Shown: positions 39,785 through 50,883 of the stretch, piece after piece
How the letters are laid out: each line of letters begins with the position of its first letter
Position numbering within the stretch: position 1 is the stretch's first letter
Assembly: GCA_038087875.1 (NCBI GenBank)
Contig: JAXLNO010000110.1
Span: 558,001 to 622,000 of the forward strand
Length of the DNA stretch: 64,000 nt
Reading direction: 5' to 3'
Source: Malacoraja senta
Lineage: Eukaryota
Notes under the pieces: model-generated
Told to the model about the DNA's origin: nothing
Databases searched by the model: none
What the model saw: only the letters and a program-made list of their open reading frames with translations
Translations under genes and position numbers: made by a program

Positions 39785-39839
39785 GTGATCACTTCTACGA
39801 GACCTTCCGGCTGAGACAGGCACAGGCAGCGGACGAGGG
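39785..39839 (+). CDS. TTC24: TTC24 exon (SDHFYETFRLRQAQAADEG)
   Basis: Branch CTAAT, acceptor gtccacAG|, donor |GTAGGT, phase 1-2, in frame with both neighbours. Confidence 0.78.
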
Positions 39840-40016
39840 GTAGGTGTGGACTCTGCCCCCTACGATGTGCAGAGGGCCCTTGGGGTCCAAGTACAGAGCT
39901 CACTGAAGGTGGCAGCACGGGTAGGCGGAGCGGTGAAGAAGGCGTACGTTACGCTTGGCTTCATCGGTCCGGGCATTGAGTACAAGAGTCAGGAAGTCAC
40001 GATGCAGCTTTATAGG

Positions 40017-40520
40017 TAGAGTCGCCAACTTTCTCACTCCCAAATAAGGGACAAAAGGTCAAAATACGGGACAAATTCCCGACGGCAATTCGTTGACCGA
40101 CACGGCCGTGGCTGGGTGAATGATGAGTTGGCCCGGGTGCTGGACTGTATACAAAGCCCAGCCGGCGGGGCCAGCTGAGGAGTTTTGGCCCGAGTCCGGC
40201 ACCCCATCCAACTCATGAACCGATGATCGCCCGTGAGAAGGAGGGGTGGTGGTGGTGTCGGCGGTAAGTGAAGGTTCGAAGGTCAGACAGCTGGCCGGGC
40301 TGCCGACCGACGGGGCCACGGGCGAGGCGCTGCTGCTGATGCTGCTGCACTCCATGGGCTGCACTACGTCGGGACGGGCGAGGTTGGGCCGGACACGGCG
40401 CTCCGACCCGACTGTCCCCTCGGCGGTCAAATACGGGACATGGGCGATCCCGTACGGGACAAACCAATTTAGCCCAAAATACGGGATGTCCCGGCTAATA
40501 CAGGACAGTTGGCAACACTA
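40017..40520. mobile_element. Complete non-autonomous hAT (Blackjack-like) transposon nested in a CR1
   Basis: TIRs TAGAGTCGCCAACT / AGTTGGCAACACTA; 8-bp TSD tttatagg / cttatagg; subterminal CGGGAC repeats; the CR1 sequence continues across the insertion. Confidence 0.85.
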
Positions 40521-41329
40521 CTTATAGGACTGGTCGGGCTGCATTTGGAATATTGCGTGCAGTTCTGGTCGCCCCCATTACAGGAAAGATGTGAAGGCTT
40601 TGGAGAGGGTGTGGAGGAGGTTTACTAGGATGTCGACTGGATTAGAGGGTTTCAGCTACAGGGAGAGGTTGGACAGACTTGGATTGTTTTGTCTGGAATA
40701 TCGGAGGTTGAGGGGAGACTAGACGGAGGTATGTAAAATGATGAGAGGCGTAGACAGTCAGAACCTTCTTGCTGGGGTGGAAATGTCCAACATATTTGAC
40801 TCTGGCGCAGCGGTAGAGTTGCTGCCTCACAGCACCAGAGATCCGGGTTTGATCCTGACTATGGGTGCTGTCTGTATGGAGTTTGTACGTTCTCCCCGTG
40901 ACCTGCGTGGGTTTTCTCCGAAATCTTTGGTTTCCTCCCACAACCCAAAGTCGTGCAGGTTTGTAGGTTAATGGCTTGGATTTGTATACTTGGTGTAAGT
41001 GGAAAATTGTCCCCCCAGTGTGTGCAGGAGATTGCTAGTGTGCGGGGATCGCTGGTCAGCGCGGACTTGGTGGGCCGAAGGGCCTATTTCCATGCTGTAT
41101 CTCTAAACTAAACTAAACTAAACTGTAACTAGAGGGTATAGCTGGAAGGTAAAATGGGGATGGTTTAATGCAGTCCTGCAGGGCAAGTTTTTTTACATCC
41201 CTCCCTCCAGATTCAGCTCCTTAATAATAACGTTCTGATAACTGCAGCTTCCAAAGGCATGGTGGTGGGTTGGGGGGTGAGGAGGGGTAGGTATTTAACA
41301 GCTACTCCAGGGCTAAATCTGCCTCACTG

Positions 41330-41980
41330 TCCAATAGAGGTGCAACATGACTTCCTGACTCTTATACTCAACGCCCCTGTTCCCCACTTCACAGGAACAG
41401 GCCCTTCAGCCCACAATGTCCGTGCCGTACACGACACCCAAGTTAAACTGATCTCCTCTGCTTGCACATGATCCGTGTCCCTCCATTCCCTGCATGTCTG
41501 TGTGCCCGTCCACAAGCCTCTTAAACACCACGATCGTATCTGCCTCCACCACCACCCCTGGCAGCGCGTTCCAGGCACCCGCCACCCTCTGTGTAAAAAA
41601 AAACCTGCCCCGCACATCTCCTTTAAACTTTGCCCCTCTCACCTTAAAGCTGCGCCCTCTAGTCTTTGACATTTCCACCCTGGGGGGGGAAAAGGTTCTG
41701 ACTGTCTACCCTATCTACGCCTCTCGTAATTCTAGAAACTTCTATCAGGTCTCCCCTCAACCTCCGACGTTCCGGAGAAAACAATCCAAGTCTGTCCAAC
41801 CTCTCCCTGTAGCTGGAACCCTCTGAGGTTTACCAGGCGGCATCCTGGTAAACCTCCTCCGCACCCTCTCCAAAGCCCCCACACACCCTTCGTGTAATGG
41901 GGGCGACCAGAACTGCACGCAACACTCCAGATGTGGCCCGACCAACGTCCTGTAAAGCTGCATGGTGACTTCCTGATTCA
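41330..41980 (-). mobile_element. CR1 LINE 3' fragment
   Basis: MQLYRTLVGPHLECCVQFWSP...FFTQRVAGAWNALP. Confidence 0.8.
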
Positions 41981-41984
41981 ATGC

Positions 41985-42515
41985 CCCTGGGAGTGTGTGA
42001 TGCCCTGCAACCTGTTTCTCTCGCGGTTCACAGACTCGCCACTGTTGCGGGCTGGAAGAGTCTGTGTACCACGTGTATATGGAGTGTGTGGGGCTGCAGC
42101 CACTGTTTCAATACCTAAAGGGGCTGCTCCTTGCCTTCCGGCTGCACTTCACACCCACCACCCTCATCGTTGGACACCCTGTACGTAGGGGAGAGGGTAG
42201 GGCTGAAGTTGGGTTTGCTCCTGGGCCTGGCCAAGCTGGCCATCCGCGAATCACGGCGTCAGGGGGAAGAGGGCTCTGCCCGAGCCGGCAGCCTGTCCCT
42301 TTTCCGGGGTTACGTCCGCGCCCGGGTGGTGTTAGAGAGGGACTACGCGCTGTCCACGGGTGCCCGGGGGGATTTCCGGGACCGCTGGGCACCGCGGGGG
42401 GTGGAATGCATCCTCGACGGGGATTATAATATAGTTGTTTAGCAGTTTATTTAGTATATTTGTTCGTCTTGTATTACGGTGGTGGGTTCTGTTTTGTTTT
42501 ATTGTTTTGCAAAAA
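41985..42515 (+). mobile_element. Tx1-like LINE ORF2 3' end
   Basis: VYHVYMECVGLQPLFQYLKGLL...LLLGLAKLAI...FRDRWAP, then the 3' UTR; same family as 23670-24122. Confidence 0.75.
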
Positions 42516-42519
42516 TAAT

Positions 42520-43255
42520 ATTTTTAATAATTTTTTTAATTTTTTTAAATTTTTTTAAATTTTATTAGAAGTAAGTACAATTGTATGGCACCAAAGTGCC
42601 TAAGATATATTTTCATAATACATTTTATGTACAGCTTCTTATTTTTTTTATTATAATAAAGAAGAATAAGAAAAAGAAGTTAGATAATAAAGGATAGAAA
42701 AACGTGAGATATATAGTGTGTGAAGAAGAAGAAAAAAGAATGAAAGAAGAAAGTTAAAGAAAAGAAAATGGGGAAAGGAGAGTAAATAAAAAAGGAAGTA
42801 AGGAGATCATTGTTTATACTCTTGACCATCCCTCGCCCAGTCCTGAGACAGTTAGCGTCTACGATTCTGTTGCACCATATGATTCCAAAAACACGACAAA
42901 TGGAGACCAACTCGTTATGAATTGGTCTGATTTATCTATTAGGAGGAATCGCATTTCCTCAAGATGTGCGGTGTCCAACATGCTTGCAATCCACATTTTG
43001 AGCGTTGGTATTGGTGTATTTTTCCAAAATTTAAGTATTCATTTTTTTTGCTATTATTAAACCATAATTAAAAAATAAATTTTGAGATGAGTTCAATTTA
43101 TTCCCATCTTCCATTACTCCAAATATAATCAAATTCAGTATTAGGTCCCATTCTTATCTTAAATAATTTTGTAAATATTTCACAAATATCACTCCAGAAT
43201 CTATAAAGTTTTATGCAGGAAACAAAAGAGTGTGTTATAGTTGCGTTTTGGGATA
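42520..43255 (-). mobile_element. AT-rich L1 LINE 3' end with A-rich tail
   Basis: NATITHSFVSCIKLYRFWSDI (end of the CCHC region); AATAAA plus (TTTAAAAAAA)n-like tail on the minus strand. Confidence 0.7.
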
Positions 43256-43464
43256 TTTTTAATAATTGAACACATTTTTTGATTAAAGAAAAAAGGGAGT
43301 GTGTGTGTGTGGAGGGCGTTTCACGTCGTATCTGACCCCAGTGGGCAGGGCTATTGAGTGTGGTTTGGGCAGGGTTATTCATCTAAACCATGGCATGAAG
43401 TGCTGGAGTAACTCAGCGGGCCAGGCAGCATCACTGAAAAATCTGGATAGGTGACATATCACGT

Positions 43465-43848
43465 CAGAGATGCTGCCTGACCCGCTGAGTTACTCCAGCA
43501 CTCTGTGAAACGTCACCTATCCCTGTTCTCCACAGAAGCTGCCTGACCCGCTGAGTTACTCCAGCGTTACTCTGTGAAACGTCACCTATCCCTGTTCTCC
43601 ACAGATGCTGCCTGACCCGCTGAGTTACTCCAGCGTTACTCTGTGAAACGTCACCTATCCCTGTTCTCCACAGATGCTGCCTGACCCGCTGAGTTACTCC
43701 AGCGTTACTCTGTGAAACGTCACCTATCCCTGTTCTCCACAGATGCTGCCTGACCCGCTGAGTTACTCCAGCACTCTGTGAAACGTCACCTATCCACGTT
43801 CTCCACAGATGCTGCCTGACCCGCTGAGTTACTCCAGCACTCTGTGTC
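43465..43848 (+). repeat. Tandem array (66-69 bp, about 5.7 copies) of a Penelope pLTR segment
   Basis: GAAACGTC recurs at 43507, 43576, 43645, 43714 and 43780. Confidence 0.9.
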
Positions 43849-43900
43849 TTTTCTTTGGCTAAACCGCCCTCTTTAATCATCCACGTTCCCTGTGTTTCAG

Positions 43901-44006
43901 AGTTGCCTCGACGTCTCAGGAATCTGGGAATTCTGCCAACGGAGCGGAGCCGGAGCATCCGAAATGGAGGAGGAAGTGGGAGTCCAGGATGTGCTCGGTG
44001 ATGTGA
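43901..44006 (+). CDS. TTC24: TTC24 last coding exon (GVASTSQESGNSANGAEPEHPKWRRKWESRMCSVM*)
   Basis: Acceptor tgtgtttcAG|, phase 2, stop TGA 44004-44006, C-terminal CaaX box. Confidence 0.82.
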
Positions 44007-44199
44007 GACGCGGGCACCGGGAGCGGAGGTCAGGGGTCATGCCTCCCCCTCCCCCCGCGGGGTCGGAGTGTGAGTCCTCAGGCCGCCTGCCTCGGTTGGC
44101 GCCCATCCCTGACCGGCCCTCAGTGCAAGCACAGAATCCCCCCTCACCCTCCCCTCATCACGGGGGGGGGGGCAGCTCATCCCCTCCCCGGGGACTGCC

Positions 44200-44690
44200 A
44201 GTGACCTCTGACCCTCTTTGGAGATGTTCAGTGACCTCTGACCCTCTCCTCTGGGGAGACCGTGACCTCTGACCTTCTCCTCTGGAGATGGGCAGTGACC
44301 TCTGACCCTCTCCTCTGGAGACAGTCAGTGTGACGCTCTGGGGAGACAGTGACCTCTGACCCTCTGGGGACAATTAGGGACCTATGACCCTATCTCTGAC
44401 CCTTTCATGTGTGGCTGATCAGTGACATCTGACCTAGGGCTCCTGGGGTCAGTCATAGCTGACCCCTGTCTCGTGGGGCTAATCAGAGATGACTCCTGAC
44501 CCTGTTACCCAGGGTTCAGTTGACCCTTGACCCTGTCCTCGAGGTCAGTCATTGCTGACCTGTGACCCTAGGATCAGTCAGAGATGACCATTGACTCTGT
44601 CCTCAGTGTCAGGGGCAAAGTTGACCTCTGACGCTGGGGTCAATCAGAGCTGACCCTTGACCCTTAGGTCAGTCTGTGCTGACCTCCGAC
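44200..44690. promoter_or_regulatory. Cluster of RGGTCA nuclear-receptor-type half-sites (about 12 DR1, 4 IR8) in a diverged tandem repeat downstream of the stop codon
   Basis: TGACCTcTGACCY at 44202, 44232, 44263, 44296 and 44350; variants at 44423, 44490, 44521, 44556, 44622 and 44651. RGGTCA-N8-TGACCY at 44446, 44542, 44637 and 44666. Function is inferred only. Confidence 0.4.
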
Positions 44691-45321
44691 AGAGGGGCAT
44701 CATTGCTCCTTCGACTCGGTGGGGACAGGTGGGTGGAGACAATGACAAAGGTCCTCGTCTCACCTGGGCCCCAGCCATCCAGGGGGCCGAACATCCTCCT
44801 GCTAGCCCAGTGTTACACTAGATGGGCTGAATGGCCTATCCTGGACCTGATCGCCTGAATTAGAAGGATGAGGGGAGTGGGACCTTATTGAAACTTACTG
44901 AATAGTGAAAGGCCTGGATAGAGTGGATGTGGAGAGGATGTTTCCACTAGTGGGAGAGTCTAGGACCAGAGGGCACAGCCTCAGAATTAAAGAGTGTTCC
45001 TTTAGAAAGGAGTTGAGGAGGAATTTCTTTAGTCGGAGGGTGGTGAATCTGTGAAATTCATTGCCACAGACGGCGGTGGAGGCCAAGTCAATGGGTATTT
45101 TTAAGGCGGAGATGACAAATTCTTGATTAGTGCGGGGGTTATGGGGAGAAAGCAGGAGAATGCGCTTGAGAGGGAGAAATAGATGAGCCATGATTGAGTG
45201 GCATAGACCTGATGGGCCGAATGGCCTCATTCTGTTCCTATAACTTATGATGGACTCTGGACGTGGCCCGTCTGACTACTGAGAATCAGATGAGGAGAGT
45301 GAGTGGTATTGAGTGAGAATC

Positions 45322-45908
45322 ATCCACCCCTCCCTGCCTGACTCCCTGCCCTGCATCGTACCCCTCCCTGCCTGAAACCCCTGTCCTGCACTGTACCCCT
45401 CCCTGCCTGAAACCCCTGTCCTGCACTGTACCCCTCCCCGCCTGAAACCCCTGTCCTGCACTGTACCCCTCCCCGCCTGAAACCCCTGTCCTGCACTGTA
45501 CCCCTCCCTGCCTGACTCCCTGCCCTGCATCGTACCCCTCCCTGCCTGAAACCCCTGTTCCAAGAGTTCACCCGAGTTTGCCCTGATTCGAACTCGGAGA
45601 TTTACGGTAATGGCCACTCGTCGGTACTCGGGGCTCTCGTGGACATTTTTCATCATGTTGAAAAATCTTCACGAGTCTTCCCGAGCTTACCTGCCGTTAG
45701 CGAGTCTTCCCGAGTACCTGCCGTTAGCGCTAAGAGACGTCCCCGAACTCCGACGTACCCGCTATGTTCATTCTCCGTGCTTACCAGAGTTTGATTTTTT
45801 TTAAACTCGGGAGAGCTCTTGGAATGAACTCGCACCGTGGGACAGGGCTATGACTCCCTGCTCTGCACTGTACCCCTCCCTGCCTGACTCCCGGCCCTGC
45901 ATCGTACC
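45322..45908. repeat. 35-bp minisatellite interrupted by a Harbinger-like MITE remnant (about 45551-45850)
   Basis: Unit CTGAAACCCCTGTCCTGCACTGTACCCCTCCCTGC; the insert ends GTGGGACAGGGCT. Confidence 0.75.
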
Positions 45909-46256
45909 CAGGTGAAATATTCACCTCCCATAATATATTTTTGCTAAGATGTAATTCACCCTGTTGGTCTTTTTTAAAAAACAGATGTCTTATTTTTTAT
46001 AAACTTGGAGTCCCCGATGTATTTTCCATGGCTGTGATATTTTGTTCAGTCGCTAACACTGGCTCTCGGTGGTCTGGTCATCCAAGGGTGGCCTTGCTGC
46101 TGTTCCCCACCTTGGGCGGCAAGGTGGCGCAGTGGGTAGAGCCGTTGCCACACAGCGCCAGAGACCCGGGTTCCATCCCGACCGGGTGCTGTCTCTGTGT
46201 GTGGAGTTTTCACGTTCTCCCCGTGACTGAAGACGTGCAGGTTTGTAGGTTAGAGA

Positions 46257-46570
46257 GTCACAGGGTGATACAGTGTGGAAACAGGCCCTTCAGCCCAACT
46301 TGCCCACACCTGCCAACATGTCCCATCTACTCTAGTCATAGAGTGATACACTGTGGAAACAGGCCCTTCGGCCCAACTTGCCCACACCGGCCAACATGTC
46401 CCATCTACACTAGTCATAGAGTGATACAGTGTGGAAACAGGCCCTTCGGCCCAACTTGCCCACACCGGCCAGCATGTCCCATCTACTCTAGTCATAGAGT
46501 GATACAGTGTGGAAACAGGCCCTTCGGCCCAACTTGCCCACACCAGCCAACATGTCCCATCTACACTAGT
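46257..46570. repeat. 78-bp tandem repeat (4 copies) of a CR1 3'-terminal segment
   Basis: Units start at 46257, 46335, 46413 and 46491. Confidence 0.9.
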
Positions 46571-46955
46571 CCCACCTGCCTGTGTTGGCCCATATCCCTC
46601 CAAACCTGTCCTATCCATGTACCTGGCTAAATGATTCATAAATGTTGCAATAGTCCCTGCCTCAACTATCTCCTCCGGCAGCTCGTTCTATACACCCACC
46701 AGCCTTTGTGTGAAAATGTTACCCCTCAAGTTCCTATTAAATCTTTCCCCCCCCCCCCCCTCACCTTAAAGCTATGTCTTAGGTTAATTGGCTTCAGTAA
46801 ATGTCCCCTAGTGTGTAGGGAGTGGATGAGTAGAACTAGTATGAACGAATGTTGGCGTGGACTCCGTGGGCCCGAAGGTCCTGTTTCCATGCTGTATCTC
46901 TAAACTAAACTAAACTAAACTATGGCATTAAGTGCTGGAGTAACTCAGCAGGTTG

Positions 46956-47389
46956 AGGGCCTGTCCCACTTAGGCGATTGTCTAGGCGACTGCCGGCGAC
47001 TGTCAAAGTCGTAGCAGGTCTCCGAAAGACCGGCGACTGGACCCCCCCCCCTACGACAATGTCTACGACAACCTACCACCTAGTCGACATCAAGCCACGG
47101 CAAGCTACCGACAACCGGCGACCCATTAGGACGTCCACTTACCATCACACCTACGACAACCTACGTCCGCACAGGCGACAACCTACGACAACCGAAGTCA
47201 ACCTACGTCCACCCGCGACAAGCTACGACCCTATCGGCGACAACTGAAGACAATTCAGTCGCCGGTACCTGTCACCGGTTGACGTAGGTTGACGTAGGTA
47301 GTCGCCAATGGAATTCACCGAAGTCAGCTCCGGCGACAACCTACGTCGCCTGTAGTCGCCTAAAAAATAGCCTAAGTGGGACAGGCCCT
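46956..47389. mobile_element. Complete PIF/Harbinger-like MITE nested in a Penelope pLTR
   Basis: Perfect 20-bp TIRs AGGGCCTGTCCCACTTAGGC; 3-bp flanks TTG/TTA; the host sequence resumes after the element. Confidence 0.8.
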
Positions 47390-47891
47390 TTAGGCAGCAT
47401 CTCTGGAGAATATTGATAGTTGACCTACCTATCGCTCTTTGAAGGTGGGTCCCGAACCAAAATGTCACCTATCCGTATTTTCCAGAGATGCTGCCTGACC
47501 GGCAGAGTTACTCCAGCACTCTGTGTCTTGTTTTGCAGGCCAGCCCGCTTTAATCGGCCCGCTGTAAATTGCCCACTAGTGTGTAGGGAGTGTAGTGTGT
47601 GTTCGATGGTCGGCACGCTCGGTGGGCCGAAGGGCCTGTTTCCATCCTGTTTCAATTCAATCTAACCTGAGGGGCTGTGGATAGACACAAAAAGACTGGA
47701 GTAACTTCAGTGGGTCAGGCAGCACCTCTGCAGAAAATAAATAGGTTATAAATATCAATATTTTCGAACCAAAACCCATCATCAGACCATGAGTCAGGGA
47801 GGGGAAACGAGAGGAATGAGAAAGTGCAGAACAAAGCAGAGCCTGCATCGATGACTCGGGAAAGATGGAGCCCACAATGGTCCATTGTAGG

Positions 47892-48422
47892 TACACAAAA
47901 ATGCTGGAGAAACTCAGGCAGGTGCAGCAGCATCTATGGAGCGAAGGAAATAGGTAACGTTTCGGGCCGAAACCCTTCTTCAGAAACCCTCGAAGCCCTC
48001 CGTTTTTTCCTCGACCGTAGAAGCAATCTATACCTGGCCACTGACACCCTCCTCCGCCTAGCGGAGCTGGTACTTACACTTAATAACTTTTCATTTGACT
48101 CCTCCCATTTCCTCCAAATACAAGGCGTAGCTATGGGCACACGCATGGGCCCCAGCTACGCCTGCCTCTTTGTCGGGTACGTAGAACAATCCTTGTTCAA
48201 TGCGTACCAGGGCCCCATCCCCGACCTCTACCTCCGCTACATCGATGATAGTTTTGGTGCCACATCCTGCACCCACACACAACTGACTGACTTCATCCGC
48301 TTCACCACCAACTTCCATCCGGCACTCAAATACACCTGGACCATTTCCGACACTTCCCTACCATTCCTTGACCTCACTATGTCCATCGCAGGTGATAGAC
48401 TCCTTACCGACATCCCGGAGAC
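47892..48422. mobile_element. Penelope-like insertion: pLTR and hammerhead (-) joined to an inverted RT fragment (+), with a 14-bp TSD
   Basis: RT motifs LVLTLNNFSF, QIQGVAMGTRMGPSYACLF and YLRYIDD; TGGTCCATTGTAGG duplicated at 47878-47891 and 48423-48436; the host is another minus-strand Penelope 3' end (about 47686-48740). Confidence 0.85.
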
Positions 48423-49107
48423 TGGTCCATTGTAGGCTGGGGACGAGGTGATAATGAAGGGATACAAACGGAGAAATTAGCAAGAGGACTCAGGTGGGGG
48501 AGGGAAGGAGAGAGAGGGAAAGCAAGGGTTACTTACAGATAGAGAAATCAATGTTCAAGCTGCTGGGCCTCACTCTGACAGTGGAGGAGGCCCAGGACAG
48601 AAAAGTCCGTGTGGGAAGGGGAGTTTAAATGGTTGGCAACCGGGTGATCGCGTAGGCCAAGGCGGACTAAGCGGAGGCGTTCAGCGAAATGATCACCCAG
48701 TCCGAGCTTGGTCTCTCCAATATACAGTAGTTCACGCTGAGAACCATGGATTATAGGATTATTGGGAGGGTGGTGGTCTCTTGTGTGGAGCCCCTCCCCG
48801 CACCAACACCTCACACACAGGAGGGTGTCATCCCCAGCTCGATGGATTCATTCATGGTTTGGGATCTGTCTCGCTGGCAAGGCCAGCATTTGACGGCACT
48901 GCGCTTGTACTCGCTGGAGTTTAGAAGGATGAGTGGGGGGGGGGACCTCATTGAAACTTACCGAATAGTGAAAGGCCTGGATAGAGTGGATGTGGAGAGG
49001 ATGTTTCCACTAGTGGGAGAGTCTAGGACCTGAGGTCATAGCATCAGAATTAAAGGACTTTCTTTTAGGAAGGAGATGAGGAGGAATTTCTTCAGTCAGA
49101 GGGTGGT

Positions 49108-49253
49108 CTTCTTATTGAGTCCACGAGCCAGAGCTGAACACACCTCTCGGCAGTTGCAGACGATGGCGTCTAGCGCTTCTCTTGCTTCTTGTGCGTGGTG
49201 GTGGAAAGATTGGTGGAAACAGGGCCCCGACGTGAAGGCTCTTTCCTTGACCC
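49108..49253 (-). mobile_element. Short 5'-truncated non-LTR insertion (possibly RTE-like) in a CR1
   Basis: 11-bp TSD CAGAGGGTGGT; AATAAGAAG 3' end; a related copy lies at 1-60. Confidence 0.6.
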
Positions 49254-50883
49254 CAGAGGGTGGTGAATCTGTGGGATTCATCGCCACTGATGGCTGTGGA
49301 GGCCAGGTCAATGGGTATTTTTACAGCGGAGATTGACAGATTCTTGATTAGTTCGGGCGTCAGGGGTTGTGGGGTGAAGGCAGGAGAATAGGGTTGAGAA
49401 GTAAAGATACCTGTAGATCAGCCATGATTGAATGGTGGAGTAGACTCGACGGGCTGAATGGCCCCTATGTTTAGTTTAGTTTCAGATACAGCGCGGAAAC
49501 AGGCCCTTCAGCCCGCCGACCAGAGATCGCCCCTTCACACACTAGTTCCACGTTATCCCACTTTCTCATCCACTCCCTACACACTAGGGGGGCAATTTAC
49601 AGAGGGGGCCGATCGACCCACAAACCCGCACGGGCACGTCTTTGTGGTGTGGGAGGGAACCGGAGCGCCCGGAGAAAAACATTTGTGGAGAGAACGGACT
49701 AACTCCACACACACACACACACACAAACTGACATCAGTCGAGGTCAGGATTGAACCCGGGGTCTCTGTCGCCGTGAGGCAGCGGTTCTACCCACTGCGCC
49801 ACTGTGTGCCGTGAGGTGAGAGGGGAGGGTAAGATGGCAACAACTTCACTAGCAGAGGAAGTGGGCACAATTACAATGTTTGGGTCGTTTAGTTTAGTTT
49901 GGAGATACAGTGCAGAAACTGGCCCTTCGGCCCACCGAGTCCTCACCGACCAGCGATCCCCGCACACTAGCACTATCCTACACACACTAGGGACAATTTA
50001 CATTTATACCAAAGCCAATTAACCTAAAAAGCTGCACGTCTTGGAGTGTGGGAGGGAACCGGAGCACCCGGAGAAAACCCACGCAGGTCACAGGGAGAAG
50101 GTACAAACTCCGTGGTCAGGATCGAACCCGGGTCTCCGGCGCTGTGAGGCAGCAACTCTACCGCTGCGCCACCGTGCCTAACGGGAAATGGGCCAAACAC
50201 TAGCAGTGGGACTAGCTCAGGAAGGCACCTTGGTCGGCATGGATGAGTTGGGCCGAATGGCCTGTTTCCCTGCTGAATGACTCCGACTCTAGAACCGGCA
50301 CTGGAGTGTCTAGATTCAGAACCAGCGATAGTGCAGGAACAGCCGACACGTTTCCTAGTGGGGGACGGTGCAGGGGGGAACCAGTAGGTGGTGGTGTTCC
50401 TCTGGTCCCCCCTCCCCCCACCCACCTCTGCTGCCTTCAGTTTAGTTTATGGGGCGGCCCTGTAGTGCAGCGGGTAGAGCTGCTACCTATCAGGGCCAGA
50501 GACCCGGGTTCCATCCTGACTACGGGTGCCGTCTATACAGAGTCTGTACGTTCTCCCCGTGACCTGCGTGGGTTTTCTCCGAGATCTTCGGTTTCCTCCC
50601 ACACTCCAAAGACGTACAGATTTGTAGGTTAAGTGGCTTGGTGTAAATGTAAAATATCCCTAGTGTGTGTAAGACAGTGTCAGTGTGTGGGGATCGCTGG
50701 TCGGCACGGACTTGGTGGGCCGAAGAGCCTGTTTCCGCGCTGTATCTCTAAACTGAACTATTGTCACGTACTGAGGTACAGTGAACAGATTTTGTTGCGT
50801 GCTAATCCAGCCAGTGGATAGCCAATTCATGGTTACAATCGAGCCATTCACAGTGTACAGATACATGATGTCAGGACCCTGGG

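Noticed and set aside
47824..48435. 203-aa RT ORF as a functional gene or telomerase-like protein
   Set aside because: It is an internal Penelope RT fragment within a TSD-flanked insertion; the start codon is fortuitous.
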